Assembly: GCA_963727525.1 (NCBI GenBank)
Contig: CAVSGO010000007.1
Span: forward strand, 2,176,001 to 2,240,000
Length of the DNA stretch: 64,000 nt
Direction: 5' to 3'
Source: an uncultured bacterium
GTDB lineage: Bacteria; Krumholzibacteriota; Krumholzibacteriia; LZORAL124-64-63
Positions 26,494 to 34,788 of this stretch are shown here, in pieces (the first letter of the stretch is position 1; every line of letters begins with the position of its first letter). The translations under genes were made by a program, and so were the position numbers. The notes beneath the pieces were generated by a model that had not been told where the DNA came from, did no database searches, and was given only the letters and a program-made list of their open reading frames with translations.

Positions 26494-27917
26494 CAGTACC
26501 CCAGCGCCCGTAGCTTGCGGCGTTCGTCGTCGTTCAGCCGCACCGCCTCGCGCCCCTGGCCCTGCAATACACGCTGCGCCAGCCGCGCCTCTCTTGCCAG
26601 CGCGGCATCGAATCGCGCTCGCAGCGCCGCCACCACGGCGGGATGGTCGCCCTGCACGTCCGTCGCCTCGGCAGGATCCCGGTCGAGGTCGTACAGGCCG
26701 CAGACCGAATCGGCTCGTGCCGGCGCGAAGGTGCCCACACACCCGCTGGTGTCGGTGGTGGCGACGAGGGACCACCAGGTGTCGTCCTGCAGGCCGAGCA
26801 GGGCGGAGCGCCGCAGCGCCAGGCCGCGGCGATCGCCGTCGACCAGGAAGTCGCGCGCGGGCAGCGCACCGAATCCTTCGCCCAGCAACGGCCGCAGCGA
26901 GACGCCCTGGCAGGGATCGGGGGCGGGAAGTGCCGCGTAGTCGAGGATGGTGGGCGCGATATCCAGGATGCTCACCGGTGCATACACCACCTTGCCGGCC
27001 GGCACCACGCCGGGCCACACCACGAGCAGCGGCACGTCGCGGACCTCGGCGTACGGCGAGTCGTGCAGGGTGCCCCCGTGCTCGGCGATCTCTTCCCCGT
27101 GGTCGGCCGTGACGACGATCATGGCGTCGTCGGCGAGCCCGGTGTCGCGCATGTGGTGCAGTAGCGGCCGAAGATGGAGGAAATCGAGCGACGTGACGGC
27201 CGACAGGTAGGCCTGCCGCAGCAGCGTCGGATCGTATGCCGCCAGATCCCAGCGGCCGTCATCGGTGAGTCGGGGTTCGGGATACGGCCCGACCACCTGG
27301 TTTTCGTAGCGATCGAACTCGCGGATGGCCCAGTACGGCAACCGGTGGTCGAAGTCGACGGGCACGGTATGCGTGTCCATGAAGTGGAAGAAGAGGAAGT
27401 ACGATGCTGTTCTCGCGTGGGCGAGCAGATCGTCGCCGAGATCCCAGTGCCGCGTCCACTGCGTGATCGGCGCGAGCGGCGCCTGGAACCGATACTGCCG
27501 GAAGCCGCGGCCGAACCCGTACCGTGGCTCCAGCCACTGGTTCGACGCCGGGAAACCGCCGCACACGAACCCCGCGTCGGCCAGCCGCTGGGTCAGCAGC
27601 GGCACACCCGTGGGCAAGGCATGCTCCACGCCGACGCGTGTCACGCCGGGATCGAGGCCCGTGAACATGGCCGCGTGGGCGGCGAGCGTCCAGCCCACGG
27701 GCGTCACGCAGTGCAGGAACAGCGCTCCGGCGCTGGCCAGGGAATCGAGGCCCACGGTGCGGGCCGAGTTCTGGTTGCCGTAACAGGGCAGACTCGCGCT
27801 GCGCAGGGTGTCGCACGAGATCAGCACCACACGGCGTAGCGGTGGCGTCGCATCGGCCACGGCGACGGCGGCGCTCAGCGCGAGACCGGCCAGCACGAGT
27901 TGCAAGCGCATCTTCAT
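26493..27917 (-). CDS. Sulfatase-like hydrolase/transferase lacking the CxPxR motif
   Basis: Signal peptide; LISCDTLR, WTLAAHAAMFTG, FFHFMDTH, TADHGEE, HGG..H, DIAPTIL, LYDL..DPAE, LRALGY; start may instead be GTG 27935. Confidence 0.85.
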   Translation of the reverse strand: MKMRLQLVLAGLALSAAVAVADATPPLRRVVLISCDTLRSASLPCYGNQNSARTVGLDSLASAGALFLHCVTPVGWTLAAHAAMFTGLDPGVTRVGVEHALPTGVPLLTQRLADAGFVCGGFPASNQWLEPRYGFGRGFRQYRFQAPLAPITQWTRHWDLGDDLLAHARTASYFLFFHFMDTHTVPVDFDHRLPYWAIREFDRYENQVVGPYPEPRLTDDGRWDLAAYDPTLLRQAYLSAVTSLDFLHLRPLLHHMRDTGLADDAMIVVTADHGEEIAEHGGTLHDSPYAEVRDVPLLVVWPGVVPAGKVVYAPVSILDIAPTILDYAALPAPDPCQGVSLRPLLGEGFGALPARDFLVDGDRRGLALRRSALLGLQDDTWWSLVATTDTSGCVGTFAPARADSVCGLYDLDRDPAEATDVQGDHPAVVAALRARFDAALAREARLAQRVLQGQGREAVRLNDDERRKLRALGY

Positions 27918-27960
27918 GACGTCCACGATAATCACGCCGCACCCGATCCGGCAGGGAAAA

Positions 27961-29343
27961 TCACGCCTGGCGCTGCATCACGACCAGCCCGAGCAAGGAC
28001 ACGGCGAGGCCAGGAAAGATGGGCTCCATGCCCAGCCACGGCCGCCCGGCGCTCCACCCGGACGCCAGCCAGGCCAGCGCCACGCCGCCGGCCACCGCCA
28101 TGACCCCGGCGAGGGCCCGCCGCCGCCGGGCCGTCGCGGCGCCCCATCCGAAGTGGCTCGCCGCCAGGGGCACCAGAAGCACCGGCGTCCCGATGCTGCC
28201 GAGGTCATGCCACAGGGATACCACTGATCGCGCCAGCAGCGCGAACGCCGTGGCCAGCGCCGCGGTCAGCAGCAACCCCCAGCGTACCGAGCCCTGGGTC
28301 GACGCATCGGCGGTCTCGCCGAGCAGTGCGCCCGCGGGTCGGCGCGCCCGTATCGCGAGGTCGCGCCCCACCGTCACGGCCGCGATGAAGGCGTAGCTGT
28401 CCACGGTGGACATGATGGTGGCAAGCAGGCCGACGAAGAACAGCCCCTGCAGCAGCGGCGGCAGGGTGGCGGTAGCCAGCCGCGGGAACGCCGCCACCGG
28501 ATCGGCAAGATCCGGCAGCGCGGCCCGCGCGTAGAGGCCAGTGAGCGTGGTGAGAAAGTCGAAGACGATCCAGAACCCGATCGACACGGCGATGCCCCGG
28601 CGCGCCACCCGCTCGCTCGCCGCCGCGTGGCAGCGCTGGTAGAATGCCGGCTCCACCAGCGTGGCCATGGCGATCACGTACCACACGGCCACGGCCTGCC
28701 AGCCGCGCCCACCATCCCACTGCAGATGACCGGCCGGCACGTGCGTACGCAGCCACGACCACCCGCCGTAGGTGTGCACGCACATGGGCACGATGACGGC
28801 GAAGGCGGCGAACATGAGCACGAACTGCACGGCATCGGTCATGATGATGGCGCGCAGGCCACCGCGGAAGACATAGCCTACCGAGAACGCCGTACCCACC
28901 ACCACGCCCAGCCACAGGGGCCAGCCCAGGGCGAGCTGAATGAGCACGCCCAGCATCAGCACGTAGGCGGCGGGCGCCGTCATCACGAAGACGGTGGCGG
29001 CCGCCACGAGGGCCGCCGGCCGGCCGCAGGTGCGTTCGAGCTGATCGGGTACGGTGAGGGCGCGGCTGCGGCGGGCGCGGGCCGCCAGGGCCAGGGCGAA
29101 CACGGCCGCGTAGAGGTAGTACGGCACGCCGAAGACGAACCAGTTGCTCACGCCGAAGCGCCAGGTGTACTCGCCCACGCCTAGGATGCCACCATACCAG
29201 GTGGTGACCAGGCTGGCGACGAAGGCGGGCAGCGTGAGCCGCCGGCCCGCGACGAGATAGTCGGCCTCGTCCCCCGTCGGCGCCCGCAACAGGCGCGCCA
29301 CGACATAGAGCAGGAACAGCGCGTAGACGACGCCGAGGACCAC
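27961..29343 (-). CDS. Sodium:solute symporter, probable thiamine (or precursor) transporter
   Basis: YLVAGR.L, TWYGG, GGLRAII.TD.VQF, YQRC.AA, ATIMSTVDS; about 13 TM segments; starts 1 nt after the thiN stop. Confidence 0.88.
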   Translation of the reverse strand: MVLGVVYALFLLYVVARLLRAPTGDEADYLVAGRRLTLPAFVASLVTTWYGGILGVGEYTWRFGVSNWFVFGVPYYLYAAVFALALAARARRSRALTVPDQLERTCGRPAALVAAATVFVMTAPAAYVLMLGVLIQLALGWPLWLGVVVGTAFSVGYVFRGGLRAIIMTDAVQFVLMFAAFAVIVPMCVHTYGGWSWLRTHVPAGHLQWDGGRGWQAVAVWYVIAMATLVEPAFYQRCHAAASERVARRGIAVSIGFWIVFDFLTTLTGLYARAALPDLADPVAAFPRLATATLPPLLQGLFFVGLLATIMSTVDSYAFIAAVTVGRDLAIRARRPAGALLGETADASTQGSVRWGLLLTAALATAFALLARSVVSLWHDLGSIGTPVLLVPLAASHFGWGAATARRRRALAGVMAVAGGVALAWLASGWSAGRPWLGMEPIFPGLAVSLLGLVVMQRQA

Positions 29344-29344
29344 C

Positions 29345-30058
29345 TCACTCCTCGTCGTCGCTTGGCGGCCCCTCGCGGTCCACGAGCACGAGCAGGGAGC
29401 CATCGGCCACCGAGACCAGGAGCGGATCGTACGCCACGGTGTTGCTGATCGCCGCCATGCTGCTGGGACCGATGACGGTATTGAGGAGGGGATAGCGCGC
29501 CCCCTCCACGGTCACGCCGCGGCAGCTTCCCGCCAGGGGCAGCAAGCTGAAGCGCGTACCCGGCGCGATGGACCACGACACGGTCTCGCCGGGCCCGATC
29601 CGCACGCCGTCGGCCATGTGGGCTGCGACGCACAGGCGCAGGCGGTCGTGGTAGTGCTCGAGCAGGCTGCAGTTGTAGAGCGTGTGATCGAGTCGCCAGC
29701 CGACCGCGCCCACGAGCACGGCCTCGGTGCACCCCTGATCGATCGCGTAGAGCAAGGCCTTCTCGCTGTCGGTGGTCTCCTGATCGTCGACTCTCAGGAA
29801 TCGCGGGCCGCCGCGGCCGGCCAGGATGCGGCCGGCCAGGGAATCGAAATCGCCGATCACCACCTCCGGCGTGCGCGGAAGGTGATCGTACGGATAGCCC
29901 GCCGCGTCGGTGCAGAGGAAGAGGTCGGCACCGGTGAGCCAGTACTCGAGCACGCCGGTATCCGGGGGCGGCCCGTCGCAGAGCACGACGGCGCGCTGCC
30001 CCCTTTTCGGGAAGATGGGGCAGGCCGCACCGCCTCGCTCGCTCTCGTACATCGACAT
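29345..30058 (-). CDS. thiN: Thiamine pyrophosphokinase
   Basis: CTDAA, IGDFDS, DQETTDSEKAL, G.RLDH...N, SLLP, G.RYPL, ISN; lies in the TPP-riboswitch operon. Confidence 0.9.
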   Translation of the reverse strand: MSMYESERGGAACPIFPKRGQRAVVLCDGPPPDTGVLEYWLTGADLFLCTDAAGYPYDHLPRTPEVVIGDFDSLAGRILAGRGGPRFLRVDDQETTDSEKALLYAIDQGCTEAVLVGAVGWRLDHTLYNCSLLEHYHDRLRLCVAAHMADGVRIGPGETVSWSIAPGTRFSLLPLAGSCRGVTVEGARYPLLNTVIGPSSMAAISNTVAYDPLLVSVADGSLLVLVDREGPPSDDEE

Positions 30059-30098
30059 GGCACCCTCGGCGATCCCGCCGGGCAGCTGGCGATCGCGT

Positions 30099-32405
30099 CT
30101 AGAAGTCGTAGGTGGCGCCGACGAGCACGTTCCGCGGAGCTGCCGGCAGGAGGTACTTCCCTCCATCATAGTAGCCCCATGTCTCGTATCGCTCACTGAA
30201 AAGATTCAGCACGCGCAGGGACACCACGAGCCCCTCCAGGGCCTGCACACCGCTGCGGCCAAGATCCCAGAACAGACTCAGATCGCACACCGTGGCCGGC
30301 TCGATGGTCCGATCGGGAAGTCCGGTGCTGTCGAGGTACTGCTTGCCCACACGACGCACGCGCAGATCGCTCGAGAGGGCGCCGTACCGGGCCGTCCAGG
30401 TGGCGGTGATCAGGTGATCGGGAAAAAGCGGTATCGGATTGCCGGAGTAGTCGACCAGGGTGCTCCCGTCGCCGGTGACCAGGTACTCGTCGTACTCGTC
30501 CCAGCTCCGGCTCGCCGCCAGGCTCAGTCGATGCCCCGCCAGCGGACGCCAGCGCAACCCCAGCTCGACACCCCGGTGCAGCGTGCGCTGGGCATTGCCG
30601 CGCAAGAGACCGCGGTCTGGATCGTAGAAACCGCTGGGCACGATCTCGTGATCGAAGTCCATCCAGTAGCCGTTGAGCGTGAGGCTCAGCGCCTGGCCGC
30701 GCAGGGCGATGCCGCCCTCGTAGTCGACGACCTTCTCCGGCTCGATCGTGGGATCCGACCACTGGACGTAGGCGACGTCGCCCTGTGCGCCGCGCACGTC
30801 GTGGTGGTCGCGGAAGAGCGGCTGCGCGCCGAGATCGTCGGGGCCGTACCAGGTATCCCAGTAGTCGGCGTCGGCGGGTTCACGGTGCGTGATGCCCACG
30901 TGGCCGTACATGCCCAGGTCGCCACCGCCAACCTGCCACGGCGTCTGCCAGAAAAGGCCGCCCTTGGGGTTGAAGAAGTCGTAGTCCACGTTGTAGGCAT
31001 TGCGCTGGGCACCCTGGAAGTTGCCCACGGCGTTCTGGAGGAAGTCGTACTGACGATGCTGGTATTGCAGGTCGAGCAGAAGCGTGAGGTTCGGGACGAA
31101 CTCCCAGCGCTCGTTGGCGCTGAGCGACCAGGCGTCCTTGTCGCCGGTGAAGTCGTGGTACTTCGATCCGTTCGGGACATCGTCGGGCGTGAGGCTCGTG
31201 CCGCCGCTGCCGGCGCCGGCATAGAGCACGTCGCCCCAGTGATTGCTGTGGAAGGTGTACCAGTCGCCGCCCACGAGCAGGCGCCCACCGGCGTGATTCC
31301 AGGTGAGCGTGGGCACCCAGCCCACCTGATCCTTGCGGACCCACTTCGTGCGCACCAGGTCGACGGCGTCGGTGGTGTCGTAGCGCGCGGGGAAGAGCGC
31401 GTCGAGGCTGTAGGCATGGGCATCGGCGCCGGGCTTGAAGTTCTCGTAGTAGCCCTCGCCGTGGATGACGTAGGCGCTGTTGCGCAGGAGCAGGTGCTCC
31501 CCGAGGATCCAGTCCCAGTGCACTTCGTAGTGCGGCTGGCGGAAGTCGTCGATCGCGTTGTGGTACGTCTCGGGGTTGGCACGGCGATCGCGGGCGAGGG
31601 TGGCCTCGTCGGCCGGATCCCAGGCGTGGTGCGTCAGCTCGTGGCCCGTGTAGAAATTGGCCTGCAGCGCGTGCGCCGCGTGCTGCCAGCGGCCCGACCA
31701 GAACACGGCCCACTGCTCGCTGCCGGCACGCTCGCGGTAACCGTCGCTCCCGAGCTGGCTGAGGCGCAAGCTCGTGGAGAAACCGCTGCCGAGCCGGCCG
31801 GTCTGGTAGCTGAGCATGCGGCGGTTCGTGCCGTAGCTGCCGGTCTCGATCGTGGCGTGGCCCTGCGGCGCGCGCGTGAGCACATCCGTGACCAGGTTGA
31901 CGGTGCCGCCGATGGCCGTGACGCCATCCACGCCATTGGTGACGCCGCGTTGCACCTGGATATCCTCCAGGCTGCTCGCGAGATCGGGCAGATCCACCCA
32001 GTAGACCTGGTGGTCCTCGGGGTCGTTCAGGGGAATGCCGTTCACCAGCACGGCGATGCGCTGCTGGTCGAAGCCGCGGATCTTCAGGTACGTGTAGCCG
32101 ATGCCGTTGCCCGCATCGCTGTAGGCGTACACGCCCGGCAGCGCGGTGAGTAGCATCGGGATATCGCGCGCGGTCTGCTCGCGCGCGATCGTCGCCGCCG
32201 AGATGTTGTCGTGGCTGAGGTGCACGTCGGCCGCATACCGCGACGCGGTCACCACGACCTCCTCCTCCGTGGACACGGGAATCGCGGAGGAATCGGTCGG
32301 CGCATCGCCAGGACGCGAGGGTGTCGCGGGCGCCCCGGTGGCGAGGGCGAGTGAGGCCAGCACGGGTACGAGCAAGGTCCCGGCCAGCGGCGCCAGGGTG
32401 CGCAT
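30099..32405 (-). CDS. TonB-dependent receptor, probable thiamine receptor
   Basis: EEVVVTASR, SDAGNGIGYTYLKIRGFD, NGIPLNDPE..VYWVD, IQVQRG, C-terminal GATYDF; first gene after the TPP riboswitch. Confidence 0.93.
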   Translation of the reverse strand: MRTLAPLAGTLLVPVLASLALATGAPATPSRPGDAPTDSSAIPVSTEEEVVVTASRYAADVHLSHDNISAATIAREQTARDIPMLLTALPGVYAYSDAGNGIGYTYLKIRGFDQQRIAVLVNGIPLNDPEDHQVYWVDLPDLASSLEDIQVQRGVTNGVDGVTAIGGTVNLVTDVLTRAPQGHATIETGSYGTNRRMLSYQTGRLGSGFSTSLRLSQLGSDGYRERAGSEQWAVFWSGRWQHAAHALQANFYTGHELTHHAWDPADEATLARDRRANPETYHNAIDDFRQPHYEVHWDWILGEHLLLRNSAYVIHGEGYYENFKPGADAHAYSLDALFPARYDTTDAVDLVRTKWVRKDQVGWVPTLTWNHAGGRLLVGGDWYTFHSNHWGDVLYAGAGSGGTSLTPDDVPNGSKYHDFTGDKDAWSLSANERWEFVPNLTLLLDLQYQHRQYDFLQNAVGNFQGAQRNAYNVDYDFFNPKGGLFWQTPWQVGGGDLGMYGHVGITHREPADADYWDTWYGPDDLGAQPLFRDHHDVRGAQGDVAYVQWSDPTIEPEKVVDYEGGIALRGQALSLTLNGYWMDFDHEIVPSGFYDPDRGLLRGNAQRTLHRGVELGLRWRPLAGHRLSLAASRSWDEYDEYLVTGDGSTLVDYSGNPIPLFPDHLITATWTARYGALSSDLRVRRVGKQYLDSTGLPDRTIEPATVCDLSLFWDLGRSGVQALEGLVVSLRVLNLFSERYETWGYYDGGKYLLPAAPRNVLVGATYDF

Positions 32406-32440
32406 GGATCCACCTCCGGTCGTCGATGTGGCGGGAGCCG

Positions 32441-32469
32441 AAACAAAAACCGGCTCCGAATGGGCCGGT
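32441..32469 (-). terminator. Riboswitch-associated intrinsic terminator
   Basis: Minus strand ACCGGC-ccattcgga-GCCGGT followed by TTTTGTTT, between the aptamer and the RBS. Confidence 0.7.
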
Positions 32470-32495
32470 GGCAAGGAAGAGTCGAGATCCCCGGT

Positions 32496-32570
32496 CCGTT
32501 TCCCTACGCCGGTATGACCCGGGTCAGGTTCCAAGGGTGTCATCTCAGGCTATCCAGCCACCCCTAACGG
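32496..32570 (-). ncRNA. TPP (THI-box) riboswitch aptamer
   Basis: Minus strand CCGTT-AGGGGTG..CTGAGA-TGACACCC-TTGGAACCTGA-CCCGGGTCATACCGG-CGTAGGGA-AACGG; canonical cores and P1 CCGTT/AACGG. Confidence 0.96.
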
Positions 32571-32579
32571 TCGCCGCGA

Positions 32580-32608
32580 ACCATAGATAGGGCGGCCGGT
32601 ACTGTCAA
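32580..32608 (-). promoter_or_regulatory. sigma70 promoter of the riboswitch transcript
   Basis: TTGACA-N17-TATGGT ending 9 nt before P1. Confidence 0.7.
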
Positions 32609-32618
32609 GAGGTCCCCC

Positions 32619-32647
32619 TTGCCGGGCGATCGTCCTTGAGATAAGAT
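32619..32647 (+). promoter_or_regulatory. Putative sigma70 promoter of the hybrid kinase
   Basis: TTGCCG-N17-TAAGAT, back-to-back with the riboswitch promoter. Confidence 0.5.
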
Positions 32648-32682
32648 CATTCTCGTTCTCATTGTCAAACGGGAGGTTCGGC

Positions 32683-34260
32683 GTGTCCGATCATCGCGAT
32701 GATTCGTCGTATCCCCTGCTGGAGGCGGCGGTCGAGTGTGCGCCGAGCGGGCTGCTGATGGTCGATGGCGAGGGCCGCATCGCACTTGTGAATCGCGAGG
32801 TCGAGCGGCTCTTCGGCTACCCGCGCGAGGAATTGCTCGGCCAGCCCGTCGAGATGCTCGTGCCGGAGCACGCGCGGGGCCGTCATCCTGCCGACCGCAC
32901 GTCGTTCTACCGCGCGCCGGTGGCGCGACCCATGGGCCACGGACGCGACCTCGCAGGGCGTCGCAAGGACGGGACGACGTTTCCCGTCGAGATCGGCCTC
33001 ACGCCGGTGAACACCGCTTCCGGGATGTACGTCCTGGGCGTCGTCGTCGACATCTCCACGCGCAAGCAGGCCGAGGCCGTTCGGCACCGCCTCGAGGCCG
33101 AGCTGCGTCAGGCCCAGAAGATGGAGGCCATCGGGTTGCTGGCCGGTGGCGTGGCTCACGACTTCAACAACGTGCTCGGCGCCATCGTCGGCTACGCCGA
33201 GCTGGTGGGCGACCGCGTGCGAGACGACGCCGAGTCCACCGAGGACCTGCGCCGGCTCCTGCGTGCCACGCAGCACGGCAAGGAGATCGTCGAACGCATC
33301 CTGCGCTTCACGCGCCGCCAGAGCGCCGATCGCTCGGTGCTCGATCTCGACGGCCCCGTGAACGAGACCGTGCAGCTCCTGCGCTCGTCGCTGCCTGGTA
33401 GCGTCAGCTTCCGGGTCGACGTCGCGCCGGACACACCCCCGGTCGTGGCAAACGCGACCGCCGTGCACCAGATCCTTCTCAACCTCGGGACGAACGCTTC
33501 CCAGGCCATGCATGGTGCCGGTGAGCTCGTCATACTCCTGGCGCCGTTCTACGCGCGTGACAGCGTGGTTCGGCACACACCTGAATTGCAAGAAGGCCAC
33601 TACGCCATGCTCGAAGTACGCGACACCGGGCAAGGCATGCCGCCCGAGGTCCTCGCCCGCGTCTTCGAACCATTCTACACGACGAAGGCCGCCGGCCAGG
33701 GCACGGGACTCGGCCTGCCGATGGTGCACTCGCTCATGCGCGACCACGGAGGCGCCGTCGCGATCGAGAGCGAGGAAGGCGTGGGAACCACCGTCCGCTG
33801 CTACTTCCCGGCCCTCGCGACCGCGAACGTGGCACCGACGGCCTCGCCGACGACCGCGCCCACCGAGCAGAACTCGATCCGAGGCCATGGCGAACGCGTC
33901 TTCTTCGTCGACGACCAGGCCGCCCTCGCCGACGTCGGCATGCGGCGTCTCGCCGCGCTGGGGTATACGGCGCGGGCCTTCACCGAACCGACCGCCGCGC
34001 TCTCGGCCGTGGCCTGCGATCCCGACGCCATCGATGTGCTGATCACCGACCACTCCATGCCCGGGATGAATGGCCTCGAGCTCGCGCGTGCCGTGCGGCA
34101 GATCCGTCCGGATCTGCCCGTGATCATGCTCACGGGATGGACCGAGGATCTCGCTGCCGTTCACGTGTCCGCGGCGGGCGTCAACCGGTTGCTCGTCAAG
34201 CCGGTGTCGAGCGAGGAACTCGGCCTCGCGCTGCGGCAAGCTCTCGATATCCGGCCATGA
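32683..34260 (+). CDS. PAS-HisKA-HATPase-REC hybrid sensor kinase
   Basis: PAS (LFGY.REELLG, RKDG..FPVE), AGGVAHDFNN, QILLNL..NA, DTGQGM, FEPFYTTK..GQGTGLGL, REC ITDHSMPGMNG..KP; RBS GGAGG before GTG. Confidence 0.93.
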   Translation: MSDHRDDSSYPLLEAAVECAPSGLLMVDGEGRIALVNREVERLFGYPREELLGQPVEMLVPEHARGRHPADRTSFYRAPVARPMGHGRDLAGRRKDGTTFPVEIGLTPVNTASGMYVLGVVVDISTRKQAEAVRHRLEAELRQAQKMEAIGLLAGGVAHDFNNVLGAIVGYAELVGDRVRDDAESTEDLRRLLRATQHGKEIVERILRFTRRQSADRSVLDLDGPVNETVQLLRSSLPGSVSFRVDVAPDTPPVVANATAVHQILLNLGTNASQAMHGAGELVILLAPFYARDSVVRHTPELQEGHYAMLEVRDTGQGMPPEVLARVFEPFYTTKAAGQGTGLGLPMVHSLMRDHGGAVAIESEEGVGTTVRCYFPALATANVAPTASPTTAPTEQNSIRGHGERVFFVDDQAALADVGMRRLAALGYTARAFTEPTAALSAVACDPDAIDVLITDHSMPGMNGLELARAVRQIRPDLPVIMLTGWTEDLAAVHVSAAGVNRLLVKPVSSEELGLALRQALDIRP

Positions 34261-34342
34261 CGGATCGCGGCTTGCCATCTCCCGCCGCTGGACGTTCCCT
34301 TGTGGGTGCGACGGTGATCGTTCCACGACGGAAGCAGCGCCC

Positions 34343-34744
34343 ATGGCCCCGACCGAGCTCGACGATCTGCAGCGCGAACCCGACTTGCCGGCCGGCAGCC
34401 TGGAGTTCGACCGCGACGCCCGCCTCTTCGCCACCCAGCATGAGCTCGCCGCGCGCCTGTCACGCGAGCGCACGCGGCAGCTGCTGGTGAGCGATGAGCT
34501 GCTGCACCCGACCGTGCCGGCGGATATCATCGTCCGGCGCGGCAACCTGCGCGTCACCGAACTCCTGCCCGAGAGCCGCGAGGTCACGCGCGCCGTGCTG
34601 CAGGCCGGCGCCACCGTGCGCACCCGCGCCGATGGCGAGTTGCCGGCGGCGGATGTATATAGGCTTCGCGAAGTGATCCTGATGGCGCTGGGCGACACGG
34701 AGGTCTGGATCCTGCCGGCTGGCGCCCTCGACGAGCGGGACTGA
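34343..34744 (+). CDS. Hypothetical protein, degenerate cNMP-binding/Crp-N-like domain
   Basis: 133 aa; IIVRRGNLRVTELLPESREVTRAVLQAG resembles a Crp-family beta-roll; no HTH. Confidence 0.55.
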   Translation: MAPTELDDLQREPDLPAGSLEFDRDARLFATQHELAARLSRERTRQLLVSDELLHPTVPADIIVRRGNLRVTELLPESREVTRAVLQAGATVRTRADGELPAADVYRLREVILMALGDTEVWILPAGALDERD

Positions 34745-34788
34745 CGCCACATCCGCAGACCTGACGGCACCACTCCGGAGCATCCTCG

